NCBI RefSeq assembly: GCF_032444005.1
Contig: NC_091282.1
Location: 128,092,001 to 128,156,000 of the forward strand
Direction of reading: 5' to 3'
DNA from: Ranitomeya imitator
Lineage: Eukaryota
DNA length: 64,000 nucleotides
In this document: piece by piece, positions 1 through 13,617 of the stretch
How the letters are laid out: the number at the start of each line of letters is the position of its first letter
Numbering within the stretch: position 1 is the stretch's first letter
The notes under the pieces: model-generated
Told to the model about the DNA's origin: nothing
Seen by the model: the letters and a program-made list of their open reading frames with translations, nothing else
The model's database searches: none
Position numbers and translations under genes: made by a program

Positions 1-2
1 GA

Positions 3-158
3 CAGAGGAGAATCCCGTCGACCAGAGGCCGAGACGACGATCGCTTCCATCGGGATGGACGACCGATTTGCCGCCGCTGTCACCAAGTGGGCCATCTTGC
101 AATGTACTGTCCTTTAAACGAGCAACCCCTGGGGCAAAGGGCCAACCTCCAGGAATAG
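3..158 (+). pseudogene. gag: gag C-terminus with CCHC zinc knuckle (family A)
   Basis: Frame from base 3 reads ...ICRRCHQVGHLAMYCPLNEQPLGQRANLQE* = CX2CX4HX4C, stop at 156-158. Confidence 0.85.
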
Positions 159-160
159 GA
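113..160 (+). promoter_or_regulatory. -1 ribosomal frameshift signal between gag and pol
   Basis: T TTA AAC heptamer at 113-119 correctly phased in the gag frame; -1 frame continues FKRATPG.. into the protease ORF; GC-rich potential stem/pseudoknot starts about 6 nt downstream. Confidence 0.7.
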
Positions 161-1573
161 CGATCAGGCCTGCAACATTGGAGAGCCAAATACGTCGGAG
201 GGCGACCAGTTCTCCCCATCGTGATCGACGGTATCCCCATGAACGCTCTGTTGGACACCGGTTCCCAGGTGACGACTATGCCCTACGTCCTCTATAAACG
301 CTATTGGGAGGACACCGACATTACCCGTGGCCCCGATGATGATTTCACCATCATAGCTAGTAATGGTCAGCCACTGCCACAAGTGGGGTATAAGGAGGTC
401 ACCATCAAAGTGGGGCGGGTAGAGTTGGAGGCCCAGGGCATTGTTATTGTTGATATTGATTGACGTGAACGTAACCCCATGATGACTATCGGTACTAATG
501 TTATAGAAAATTGTCTTGCAGAAGTTATTGTCTTGTTGCAGCAGGTAGCCGAAACAGCTGGTTACAGCGAACAACGTGCATTGCAGAAAGAGATCAGAGC
601 TCTGATGCAGAGACAACAGGTGGAGTTGACTGGTGGTGAAATTGGCCGGGTCACAGTGAGTGATTCAAACCCCATTGCGATACCCCCCAGGAGTGAAAGG
701 TTAATATGGTGTCGGGCAGCCATAGGCCTTAGGGGGTAAAAATTATCAGGCCCTAGTAGAGCCGGTGTATTCAGATAACAGGCCTACTCTCCTGACAGCC
801 AGAGGGGTGGTCAACGTCCGCCAGGGGAGGGTGCCAGTACGCGTTCCTAACTGTGGGGAGGAAGAAGTCCACTTGACCACGTACGCCACACTTGCCAAGC
901 TGTTCACCGTTAGTAATAATGTAATACAGGCACCTGGGCCCTTGGTTCCATCCGAACCGGCGGAGAACAATGGCTCTGCAGGACAGTCGAAAGATTGGTG
1001 CCGGGAATTGCACGTGGGCATTGATTCTACCCCATCTCACCAGAAACAGGGGGCCTATAGGGTGGTTCATGAGTACGAGCGGGTATTCAGCAAGCATCCT
1101 CTAGATTTCGGGCAGGTAAAAGGGATTCAACATCACATCCCCACAGGAGATCACCCACCCATAAAAGAGAGGTACCGTCCTGTGCCCCCAGCTCATTATC
1201 AGTGTGCCAAGGACATGTTGCGAGAGATGAAAGAGGCTGGGGTAGTGAGGGACAGCTGTAGCCCCTGGGCAACCCCATTAGTTCTCGTTAAGAAGAAAGA
1301 TGGCACCATGAGGATGTGTGTGGATTACAGGCAACTAAACCGCATTACACATAAGGATGCATATCGCCTGCCCAGGATAGAGGAGTCCTTGGCTGCCTTA
1401 AAGTCCGCTAACTACTTTTCTACCTTAGATCTTACCAGTGGGTACTGGCAGGTTCCCGTGGCGGAGGCAGACAAGGAAAAGACGGCCTTCACGACACCGT
1501 TGGGCCTCTGCGAATTCAACTACATGCCTTTCGGATTGTGTAACACTCCGGGAACGTTCCAGAGGATGATGGA

Positions 1574-2368
1574 TGTTGTGAATTCTGTTGTCAAGCTCCC
1601 TCCTTTGGTCATGAATGGTACTTCGGCTGGTTCTGTCCATGGGGCTGCGGCTTCTGAGTTTCCTTCCACAGGTGACGAGGTTAATTCGTTAGCTGGCTGC
1701 TCTATTTAACTCCACTTAGATCATTGCTCCATGCCACCTGTCAATGTTCCAGTATTGGTCTAGTTCACTCCTGGATCGTTCTTGTGACCTGTCTTCCCAG
1801 CAGAAGCTAAGTTCCTGCTTGTTTTTCTTTAGTTTGCTATTTTTCTGTCCAGCTTGCTATTTTGATTTTTGTCTTGCTTGCTGGAAGCTCTGGGACGCAG
1901 AGGGAGCGCCTCCGCACCGTGAGTCGGTGCGGAGGGTCTTTTGCACCCTCTGCGTGGTCTTTTTGTAGTTTTTTGTGCTGACCACAAAGTTACCTTTCCT
2001 ATCCTCAGTCTGTTCAGTAACTCGGGCCTCACTTTGCTAAATCTATTTCATCTCTGTTTGTATTTTCATCTTTACTCACAGTCATTATATGTGGGGGGCT
2101 GCCTTTTCCTTTGGGGAATTTCTCTGAGGCAAGGTAGGCTTTATTTTTCTATCTTCAGGGCTAGCTAGTTCCTTAGGCTGTGTCGAGTTGCATAGGGAGC
2201 GTTAGGAGCTATCCACGGCTATTTCTAGTGTGTGTGATAGGATTAGGGATTGCGGTCAGCAGAGTTCCCATGTCTCAGAGCTCGTCCTATATTATTTGTA
2301 ACTATCAGATCATTCCGTGTGCTCTTAACCACCAGGTCCATTATTGTCCTTACCACCAGGTCATAACA
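1574..2368 (+). mobile_element. solo LTR, family B, inserted in the RT of family A
   Basis: TGTTGTGAATTC...CATAACA ends; 6-bp TSD GATGGA on both sides; homologous to the LTRs of 25389-31042. Confidence 0.95.
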
Positions 2369-5300
2369 GATGGAGTGCTGTCTGGGGCATAAGAACTTTG
2401 AAACCGTGTTGCTATATCTGGACGATGTCATTGTCTTCTCCAAGACCTGTGAAGACCACTTGAAGCACCTGGCCGAGGTGTTTGAAGCTCTGTCCAATTT
2501 TGGCTTAAAGGTGAAACCGTCCAAATGCCATCTGCTAAAACCCAAAGTGCAGTACCTGGGCCATGTGGTGAGTGCTGAAGGAGTGGCCCCAGACCCCGAC
2601 AAGGTCACGGTGATCAAGGACTGGCCGCAGCCCGGTAACCTCCATGAAGTCCGGCAATTCCTCGGGTTGGTGGGTTACTACCGGAGGTTTATCAAGGACT
2701 TCACCAAGAAGGCCGCGCCATTGCAAGACCTGTTGGTGGGCCAGTCCAAGAAACCCAAGGGCAAAAATGCCCCATTTGACTGGAACGATGAACTGGAAGA
2801 ATCATTCACCTGCTTAAAGTCGGCGCTGACGGGAGAAGAGGTGCTGGCTTAGCCTGAATACGACCAACCATTTGTATTGTATACGGATGCCAGCAATGTG
2901 GGACTGGGAGCTGTGCTATCCCAAGTCCAGAAGGGTAAGGAGAGAGTAATCGCTTATGCCAGCAGGAAACTTCACCCCACTGAAAGGAACCCTGACAACT
3001 ACAGTTCCTTTAAGCTGGAGTTCCTCGCCGTAGTTTGGGCCGTGACAGAGAGGTTCAAGCACTACCTGGCCTCTGCGAAATTCACTGTCTTCACGGATAA
3101 TAACCCATTAACGCACTTGGACACAGCAAAACTTGGTGCCCTGGAGCAGCGGTGGATGGCCCGGTTGTCCAACTACGACTTCACCATCAAATACCGGGCA
3201 GGGCACAAGAATGTGAATGCCGATGCATTGTCACGCATGCCTCACTTGCCCGAAACCGATTTAGACCCAGAAGCATTTGAAGAGGTGGAACTGCCTGCTT
3301 TTTTCATCGCCCCAAGGCGACTCAGTGTTCTCATCGGGTGGAGAATAGGTGCAAGAGTAAACAGGGCGCCCCGTTGAACCCCCTGCCCCATCATGGGTGG
3401 GCAGAGAACCAGGATGGTGACCCTGCGGTCCGTCGGGTGAAAGAGCTCCTGACGCAGGCAGGTTTGCATCCCGGCCCGGATGATCCACCGGAGACATCAC
3501 AGCTGTGGAAGGAGAGGAGCAAGCTGTTTATTCACGATGGAAGGCTGTGCTGGAGGAACATCGACCCACACACTTATGAATTGGTGTGGCAGATCGTGGT
3601 CCCAAGACAAGATGTGCCCATGGTCCTGGGGGCATACCACGATGGGACGGGACATTTCGGATGGAAGAAGCTGGAGAGGCTACTCCGTGGGAGGTTCTAC
3701 TGGATTGGCATGAAGAAAGCCATTGAGAAGTGGTGTCGAGAGTGTGGCCCCTGTAGCCTACGCAGGAAGGATCGTGACAGTCAACGAGCGCCCTTGCTGC
3801 CCATCGTCACCAAACGACCGCTCGAGTTGGTTGAGTTAGACCACATGAAGTTAACACCCAGCCGGTCAGGCTATACCTACGCTCTCACCATCGTGGACCA
3901 CTACTCCAGATTCCTAGTGGTCGTGCCGGTCAAGGATCTAACGGCTAGGACAGCTGCCAAAACCTTCCAGCAGTACTTCTGTAGACCCCATGGGTACCCG
4001 GAGAAGGTACTAACCGATCAGGGGCCAGCATTTGAGGCGGAGGTGTTCCAGGAGTTCTGCGATCTGTACGGGTGTAAGAAGATCAGAACCACGCCATACC
4101 ATCCACAAACCAACGGGATGTGTGAGAAGATGAACCAGGTAGTGATCGACTTGCTGAGGACCTTACCTGTGGAGGAACGGAACTTATGGCCCACAAAGTT
4201 GCCAGACCTGGTGGATGTGTACAACCACATCCCAGTGAATTCCACCAACTGCACTCCAGCATACCTGATGCGAGGGAGGTCTAGCAAGTTACCTGTGGAC
4301 CTGGACATGGGGGTCCTGACCCCCGAAGATATCTCGCCAGATGCGGATTGGTATACAGAGAGGCAGCAAAAGTACCGCAAAGTACAGGAAGCCTTGCCCA
4401 AGCCAGACAGAAACAAGAAAGGGACTACAACCAACATGCCCCTGCGGCTCCCTTGTCCCCTGGAGAGCAAGTACTCAAACGGAAGAGGAGGCTACACAAG
4501 CTGGATGACCAATGGGAAGTGGAACCATATACCATTCTGCCATCTGATTTCGACAATACAAAGGTCTGTCTCATCAGCAAAGATTGTGGGGAGGAAACCT
4601 CAACGGCAATATGCAGGGACCACCTTAAGATATGCCCTGATAAACTGAGAGATGGGGAAGCAGACCCTGGGACGACTCCGGCCTCGGAAGGAGAAAAGAT
4701 GCTACACACTGTTCTTGGTGACTTTCCCCAGTCTTGGACGCAAATAAATCAGGCCTTCGTGGTACCTGTCCTGACGTTTCGCCAACTGACCCCGCCAGAA
4801 CTAGATGTGGAGCCAGTCATCCAGATCCGCCATCACAGCAGACCTCATCAGAAGATGCCATGCCAACTGCTGAACCGGCAAGTTTTCCCTCCGCTAATGG
4901 TGAATCTGCCATGCCCATCGGTAGTAGTAGCGGTTTTGAGAACTCCAACGTGCCAGTACTGCCCAGACTCACTAGAAGTGTAGCTAGAAGACAGTGCACT
5001 ACACCAGCGATAGCAAACTTAGTGGACCCTGTTGGGCCCATAGCAGCCCCTGCACTGCGGAGGTCCACACGTAGCACCCAGAATCAGACTCCCCTTCGCT
5101 ACAAAGCTTGGAGATACTAATGATAAGTGCTATTGTTTGTGGAAATATCTTTGTTATAAGTTTAAAAATGGACAACGGAGTAATGGACAGTGAATTGCTC
5201 CAAAAACTTCACAGGGGCCCCTTTGTTTACCCGGGGTCCCTGCTGTTTTAAAGTGGCACCCAACTGAACTGAGAGTCATGAACTGTGTGTTACCAAACTT

Positions 5301-5455
5301 TTGCAACGTTCAAGCGTCTTCACCTCCCAGAAAGGGAAGTACTGTTATGTTTATTTGTTCATAATATTTCACAAAATTGTATATGTTTTATGTTAACATG
5401 TATTGTTGTTCTTCTTCTTCCCAGTCCAGGAGTACTGGATTTAACCGGGGGGGAG

Positions 5456-6513
5456 TGCAGCGCCCCAGAGACCTGGTCGTTGCAGTATGACGCTCTGCCG
5501 CTAAGGGGAGGGATGGTACGTCTGATGGCACTAAAGGAGTTCTTCTGACCAGGTATCACAAACACACTTGACACTTCACACTCCGGCCACCAGGGGGAGT
5601 GGTTCTATCTAGTAGGCCACTCCTCACACTCTGGTAAAACTGGGGGTTGGACAGGAAGTTAGGCAGAAAGAGCCCGGGAGAGTTCGGGAGAGGACCTGTC
5701 AGGGGTGGGATCCTGACAGCGGTCTAGAAAGAGAACAGATCGTTACAGAGCCGTGCCTGCACTACTTGCAGCGGTATCCTAAGAAAGGACACGAAGCGAA
5801 GTTTATTGTGGAGAAGTGAGAAGCGGGATCACAGGGTAAAGGAGATAGAGCCAGGAGGAGTCGTGCCCCTGAGACCGTGGCAACATCCTTCTGAGGCGCA
5901 TAGCCGGTGGCCGGAGCACCGAGAAAGTAAGAGACTTTACGCATTACTTCAACACGGCAGGACAGTTAATTACAGGTTGGCTGTCTCACCTAAATCACCT
6001 AAGCAGACAAAGGAGGCAACTGTGGGAGAGGGGCGTCTCTAGGGTCCCAGAATAAATCCAGGCCTACCCGTCATACGGGTGCGTCCTAACCATATCATCT
6101 GGGGGACGGAGAGAGAGAAAGAACAACAAACACAGACACAACAGTTGTGAGGACTATCCCATGGTGCTCAGCAGGGAAGGACTACAACACACAGGCGCTA
6201 GTTGGTAGGCACTGATTCCCACCTGCAAAGGGAACTCTGGATGTGTTTTCGGACTGGCCAGTCTCAGCCAGCCCTGTTAGCAGTGCCCTGGATTGCGGAC
6301 CCCAAAGCCTTCAGTAAAGAGGTAAAGAGACTGCAACCCTGTGTCCTCGTTATTCATTGCGCCTCGCACCACCCATCACACCATCACCTTTCATTGGACG
6401 CCCCTTAGCAGGGTCATGGACCGGGTCTAGCCACCGTGACGACCCCAATACAGAGACTGAGGGGCCCGGTATCGAGAACTCGTGGCCCTGTGTCTGGGGG
6501 CGCTTAATATGCA
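5456..6513 (+). repeat. 3' LTR of family A element
   Basis: Starts TGCAGCGCCCC after the PPT; ends ...GGGGGCGCT(taatat)GCA; homologous to 13618-14896 and 25220-32081; right end degraded. Confidence 0.85.
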
Positions 6514-7554
6514 TGTGATTATGCTGCAGCGCAGTCGGCGCCAACACCAACCTGCAGCAGGTAAAATGTTTTTTCCAATATATAATATTCATTATTTAAA
6601 ATAGGGGCAGGTCACTGAGGGATTAATGACCTGTTAGAAGCCACACAGATGAATAACTAAGCAGAGCATCAAATAAAGTTCCCCAAAAATTCAACGTGCT
6701 TGGTCATTCTTTACCCTAAAATCAGTTGTCAGGAGATTAAATACATATAAAAAGGTTGACAATCAGCAGGTTTGACTGGCTATGTTATATCGTGTATGTG
6801 TGGCCTTATGAAAGCGATTGGCCTGACCAGTCATAGTAGACTTAAAGGAAACTGTGCCGCAGACCAAAAATAACAAGTCCTTCTGGTCTGTCAACATGAA
6901 CATGTTAATCACAGAGCAAAGCAACAATGGTCACCCACAAGAAAGCTACACTGACCAAAAGCATTCTGCTAACTCACTGCCAGAGATTTCTCTCTGAGCA
7001 GATAATGCTTTTAGCTCTAGGAATCGTTCCAGTTGGATGATGAGTAAATGGCTATAAAATAAAATGCTACATCAGCTTCACATGAAAAATAAGCACTTAA
7101 ACACAGACAGAAAACCTCTCTTATCTCAGGCCACAAACAATCATTCCACCTTCCGTCCTGTACATTTATTATAAGCTTATAATCCACAAGGCCAAAGAAA
7201 ATGACTGAGCATTTATGTAGGGAAGTCATGGCGGCTGAAGGTCAACTATTATATGTCTGCACAATGAGGAGGATGTGGAATTTCTTGCCACCACACAGAA
7301 TGGTGCATGGACTTTATAAGACAGCAGATGTCTGAATTTATATCAGGGGACATATTTATTGCTCTCATAATCCAATGAATGTGCACAACATGGATGTGTG
7401 GTTTAAGAAAATTCCTCTAAGATAATGACGTTCAATTTACTTAACATTAGCCTAACAGAAAAATAAAAGTGTCCTTCTCATGGGGGATTCACCATTTCCC
7501 CAACTCGGTATAAATCTAGTATTACCAGTGGTGCCATTATCCATCTATCAACTA

Positions 7555-10500
7555 CAGCCACGTAGTATATAACACAGCCCATGTAGTATAAAACACAGCC
7601 ACGTAGTGTATAAAACAGCTCACGTAGCATATAGCACAGCCACATAGTATATAGCACAGCCATGTAGTATATAACACAGCCACATAGTATATAACACAGC
7701 CCACATAGTATATACAAAGCCACGTAGTATAAAGCACAGCCTCATAGTATATAGCACAGCCACATAGTGTATAACACAGCCCATGTAGTATATAGCACAG
7801 CCAGATAGTATATAACACATCCCACGTAGTATATAGCACAGCCACGTAGTATATAACACAGCCCACGTAGTATATAGCACAGTCACATAGTATATAGGAC
7901 AGTCATGTAGTATATAACACAGCCGCATAGTATATAGCACATCCACGTAGTATAACACAGCCCACGAAGTATATAGCACAGCCATGTAGTATATAACACA
8001 GCCACGCAGTATATAACACAGCCACGTAGTGTATAAAACAGCTCACGTAGCATATAGCACAGCCACATAGTATATAGCACAGCCATGTAGTATATAACAC
8101 AGCCACATAGTATATAACACAGCCCACATAGTATATAGCACAGCCACGTAGTATAAAGCACAGCCTCATAGTATATAGCACAGCCACATAGTGTATAACA
8201 CAGCCCATGTAGTATATAGCTCAGCCAGATAGTATATAACACATCCCACGTAGTATATAGCACAGCCACGTAGTATATAACACAGCCCACGTAGTATATA
8301 GCACAGTCACATAGTATATAGGACAGTCATGTAGTATATAACACAGCCGCATAGTATATAGCACATCCACGTAGTATAACACAGCCCACGAAGTATATAG
8401 CACAGCCATGTAGTATATAACACAGCCACGCAGTATATAACACAGCCACGTAGTGTATAAAACAGCTCACGTAGCATATAGCACAGCCACATAGTATATA
8501 GCACAGCCATGTAGTATATAACACAGCCACATAGTATATAACACAGCCCACATAGTATATAGCACAGCCACGTAGTATAAAGCACAGCCTCATAGTATAT
8601 AGCACAGCCACATAGTGTATAACACAGCCCATGTAGTATATAGCACAGCCAGATAGTATATAACACATCCCACGTAGTATATAGCACAGCCACGTAGTAT
8701 AACACAGCCCACGTAGTATATAGCACAGCCATGTAGTATATAACACAGCCACGCAGTATATAGCACAGCCATGTAGTATATAACACAGCCCATGTAGTAA
8801 ATAGCACAGCCACATAGTATATAAGACAGCCCACGTAGTATATAGCACATCCACGTAGTTTAACACAGCCTACGTGGTATATAGCACAGCCATGTAGTAT
8901 ATAGCACAGCCACGCAGTATATAGCACAGCCATGTAGTATATAACACAGCCCATGTAGTAAATAGCACAGCCACATAGTATATAACACAGCCCATTTAGT
9001 ATATAGACCAGACATGGAGCATATAACACAGCCCACATAGTATATAACACAGCCACGTAGTATATAGCACAGCCACGTAGTACATAGCACAGCCACATAG
9101 TATATAACACAGCCACATAGTATATAACACAGCCCACATAGTAAACAGCACAGCCACGTAGTATAACACAGCCCACATAGTATATAACACAGCCACGTAG
9201 CATATAACACAGCCCATGTAGTATATAGCACAGCCACATAGTATATAACACAGTCCACATAGTATATAGCACAGCCACGTAGCATATAACACAACCACGT
9301 AGTATATAGCACAGCCATGTAGTATATAGCACAGCCACATAGTATATAGCACAGCCACGTAATATATAGCACAGCCACATAGTATATAACACAGCCACAT
9401 AGTATATAACACAGCCCACATAGTAAACAGCACAGCCACATAGAATAACAGCCCATGTAGTATATAGCACAGCCATGTAGTATATAGCACAGTCACACAG
9501 TATATAGCACAGCCACGTAGTGCATAACACAACACACGTTGTATATAGCACAGCCACGTAGCACATAACACAGCCCATGTAGTATATAGCACAGCCACAT
9601 AGTATATAACAGAGTCCACACAGTATATAGCACAGCCATGTAGCATATAACACAACCACGTAGTATATAGCACAGCCATGTAGTATATAGCACAGCCATG
9701 TAGTATATAGCACAGCCATGTAGTATATAACACAGCCACATAGTATATAACACAGCCCACATAGTATATAGCACAGCCACGTAGTATAAAGCACAGCCTC
9801 ATAGTATATAGCACAGCCACATAGTGTATAACACAGCCCATGTAGTATATAGCACAGCCAGATAGTATATAACACATCCCACGTAGTATATAGCACAGCC
9901 ACGTAGTATATAACACAGCCCACGTAGTATATAGCACAGCCACGTAGTATATAGGACAGTCATGTAGTACATAACACAGCCACATAGTATATAGCACATC
10001 CACGTAGTATAACACAGCCCACGTAGTATATAGCACAGCCATGTAGTATATAACACAGCCCATGTAGTAAATAGCACAGCCACATAGTATATAAGACAGC
10101 CCACATAGTATATAGCACATCCACGTAGTTTAACACAGCCCACGTGGTATATAGCACAGCCATGTAGTATATAGCACAGCCACGCAGTATATAGCACAGC
10201 CATGCAGTATATAACACAGCCCATGTAGTAAATAGCACAGCCACATAGTATATAACACAGCCCATTTAGTATATAGACCAGACATGGAGCATATAACACA
10301 GCCCACATAGTATATAACACAGCCACGTAGTATATAGCACAGCCACATAGTATATAGCACAGCCACATAGTATATAACACAGCCACATAGTATATAACAC
10401 AGCCACGTAGCATATAAAACAGCTCATGTAGTACATAGCACAGCCACATAGTATATAACACAGTCCACATAGTATATAGCACAGCCACGTAGCATATAAC

Positions 10501-11094
10501 ACAACCACGTAGTATATAGCACAGCCATGTAGTATATAGCAAAGCTACATAGTATATAGCACAGCCACGTAATATATAGCACAGCCACATAGAATATAAC
10601 ACAGCCACATAGTATATAACACAGTCCACATAGTAAACAGCACAGCCACGTAGAATAACAGCCCACGTAGTATATAGCACAGCCATGTAGTATATAGCAC
10701 AGTCACACAGTATATAGCACAGCCACGTAGTGCATAACACAACACACGTAGTATATAGCACAGCCACGTAGCATATAACACAGCCCATGTAGAATATAGC
10801 ACAGCCACATAGTATATAACACAGTCCACATAGTATATAGCACAGCCACGTAGCATATAACACAACCACGTAGTATATAGCACAGCCATGTAGTATATAG
10901 CACAGCCATGTAGTATAAAACACAGCCACATAGTATATAACACAGTCACATAGTATATAGCAGAGCCATGTAGCATATAGCACAGCCATGTAGCATATAG
11001 CACAGCCCACGTAGTATATAACACAGTCACATAGTATATAACACAGCCCACGTAGCATATAGCACAGCCATGTAGTATATAGCACAGCCCACAT
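7555..11094. repeat. ~3.5-kb satellite of 20-21-bp units (CACAGCC[C]AYRTAGTATATAR)
   Basis: Directly visible tandem units; all long ORFs here are products of the repeat. Confidence 0.97.
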
Positions 11095-12422
11095 CCCCCC
11101 GAGAATGTCCCCACAGTCCAGTACTCACTGTTATAGTAAAAAAACACTCCTCACCTCTCCTCATGCCTGCGCTGCTCCCTGCTCCTGTCTCAGCGGCTGC
11201 ACTGCCTGGCACACAGTGAGAGCGCGATGATGTCATCACGCACCCGCAGTGTCAGAGGCAGAGCGGGGAATGATGGGAGAGAGAGCATTAGCTGACGTTC
11301 TCTCCTCCATCATTGCTTTGTACTGCACCAGCAAACGCCAGTATAGTTCAATGTGGTGATGGCGGCAGGTGTTGTGAATTCTGTTGTCGGGCTCCCTCCT
11401 GTGGTCATGAATGGTGCTTCGTCTGGTTCTGTCCATGGACTTCCTCTAGTGGGTGTTTCTGAGTTTCCTTCCACAGGTGACGAGGTTGATTCGTTGGCTG
11501 GCTGCTCTGTTTAACTCCACTTAGATCTTTGCTCCATGCCACCTGTCAATGTTCCAGTATTGGTCTAGTTCTCTCCTGGATCGTTCTTGTGACCTGTCTT
11601 CCCAGCAGAAGTTAAGTTCCTGCTTGTTTTTCTTTGGTTTGCTATTTTTCTGTCCAGCTTGCTATTTTTATTGTTGTCTTGCTTGCTGGAAGCTCTGGGA
11701 CGCAGAGGGAGCGCCTCCGCACCGTGAGTCGGTGCAGAGGGTCTTTTTGTGCCCTCTGCGTGGTCTTTTTGTAGGTTTTTGTGCTGACCGCAAAGTTACC
11801 TTTCCTATCCTCAGTCTGTTCAGTAAGTCGGGCCTCACTTTGCTAAATCTATTTCATCTCTGTGTTTGTATTTTCATCTTTACTCACAGTCATTATATGT
11901 GGGGGGCTGCCTTTTCCTTTGGGGAATTTCTCTGAGGCAAGGTAGGCTTTATTTTTCTATCTTCAGGGCTAGCTAGTTCCTTAGGCTGTGCCGAGTTGCA
12001 TAGGGAGCGTTAGGAGCAATCCACGGCTATTTCTAGTGTGATTGATAGGATTAGGGATTGCGGTCAGCAGAGTTCCCACGTCCCAGAGCTCGTCCTTATT
12101 ATCAGTAACTATCAGGTCATTCCGTGTGCTCTTAACCACCAGGTCCATTATTGTCCTGACCACCAGGTCATAACAGGCAGGGGAGTCGGCACTGGTGGCG
12201 GGCGGGCCCCCCTGCCTCACAGGGGCCTCATAGCGGCTGCATGATGTGCCACTAGCTGAGGGCCCCTAGGGGAGCAGGGGCCCTAGGCAGCTGCCTGCCC
12301 CAATGCCGGCCGTGCCTGCAGGGGCCCCCGAAGCCTCAGTGTACCATACCATGAATGGGCCCCCCTGTTTCGCCAGGGCCCCGGCACTTGCCAGGGCGTG
12401 CTGGGTGCTGATGCCAGCCCTG
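11095..12422. mobile_element. non-autonomous DNA-transposon remnant (hAT-like right end), interrupted by a family B LTR
   Basis: GC-rich palindromic interior, GGGGCCC motifs, terminus ...GGTGCTGATGCCAGCCCTG; left end and TSD not found. Confidence 0.45.
11370..12175 (+). mobile_element. solo LTR, family B
   Basis: TGTTGTGAATTC...CATAACA; 6-bp TSD GGCAGG. Confidence 0.95.
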
Positions 12423-13617
12423 TAGAAGATATTTTAGTAGAAGATATTTTAGGTACAATATAAAAACAATTTACTTTGTCTTATGGGAGTTAATATAATA
12501 TTGTAGAACTTTCACATGTACAATTACTTAGAAGCTGGTAAACCCCCCCCTTCATTAGAAACAAAAATGAGCATGTAATTTACATCCCATCTTCAATGCA
12601 GAATATATAATGCAATTGTGTATAACGAATACTTATTATTTATAACAAATAACGTTATTTTATAAAATACAAAAAATAATACGATAAAGCCAATAGGAAT
12701 AAAAATTCATGGCATGCACGTTCTACCTCTGAAATTTATTAATGCATCAATACGTTGATTGGATGAGTCATAAAACCACCACTTGCATATAATTAGCTGA
12801 AGGAGAATCAATTGCACTTGGTTGGTTTTATGAGACTATATGGCCATCATTTCAGGGGTTTAGCATTGAGCATCTGCTAGGGTAAGTGTAGAGTATGGAT
12901 TGAGTAATAATTCAGTATTTCTAAATACACAAGATAGCCCTGGAGGGAACTACAACAATGGAATTATTTTACCTATACAGATGTTGTAATAACAAATTAT
13001 ATGGGTTGTAGTTAGTGATCTTGTGGTTGGATGGTGGATATTTCATGACAATGGAGCTATAGGTTTGGATTCACAATCAGAGATTTTTGCAGAAGCCCTA
13101 ATGGGCAACATATGCAATTTTGGCATGAACATGGTGAAGCCCAGGCAACATCTTAGTCTGTTTAATAAAGACCCGATAAGAAAAGTTTGCGAAGCCCTAG
13201 TTTAGAAAAACCTACATAATATGAACTACTAACCTGGTCATAGTTTTAATCCTAAAAGGAAAGGGCTAATGTAGGAGCATAGAAAAACAAGATATCGCAA
13301 AAAATGAAGAGCAGATATGACACCACAATATACTGTACATAGCCACTTATGGTAGTAGTTATAGTTAGAACAATTTTGCTCTGATCTCCTCTCTACTTGG
13401 ATTGGCACTTCACAAGCCACACAATCCTGATTTATTTTTGTTTTTTAACCCAGATAGCAAACACAGTCTTTAAAATGGGTTAATGGAAGGTGTAATAATC
13501 AGCAAAATAATTCAAATTCAATCACATAATTGTGTATTGGGCATAAGATATTGTATAAGATTGTTATACCTTACAACTGCTGAAATAAAGGTAGTTCTTC
13601 AGCATGAAAGGCACATG

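Larger units (their letters stand above)
113..4700 (+). pseudogene. pol: pol (PR-RT-RNaseH-integrase) of family A, broken by stops, frameshifts and an LTR insertion
   Basis: ORF pieces 68-463, 479-739, 765-1573, 2370-2852, 2877-3300, 3338-4648; removing the 1574-2368 insert and one TSD copy restores FQRMMECCLGHKNFE. Confidence 0.92.
1..6513 (+). mobile_element. Ty3/Gypsy LTR retrotransposon family A, decayed; 5' part outside window; gag end, PR-RT-RH-IN, PPT, 3' LTR
   Basis: Domain order in the ORF track: LLDTGS (protease), RT motifs (PWATPLVLV..MRMCVDYR, YLDD at ~2416), YTDAS RNase H, HHCC + D/D/E integrase; polypurine tract 5447-5455 directly before TGCAGCGCCCC. Confidence 0.95.

Noticed and set aside
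6827-6997. ~56-codon open frame ending ...SLPEISL*
   Set aside because: No good acceptor or recognisable homology; chance ORF likely
7519-7545. CAGTGGTGCC as the left TIR pairing with the 12422 terminus
   Set aside because: Poor TIR match and no 8-bp TSD
7555-11094. CRISPR-like appearance of the regular repeats (also 34610-35660 and 49900-50623)
   Set aside because: Units are adjacent with no unique spacers, there are no cas genes, and the context is eukaryotic
7478-11239. Many long Cys/Tyr-rich ORFs (up to 538 aa)
   Set aside because: Translations of the 20-21-bp satellite; no coding evidence
13023-13205. 60-aa protein-like ORF
   Set aside because: No recognisable motif or splice signals; within chance expectation
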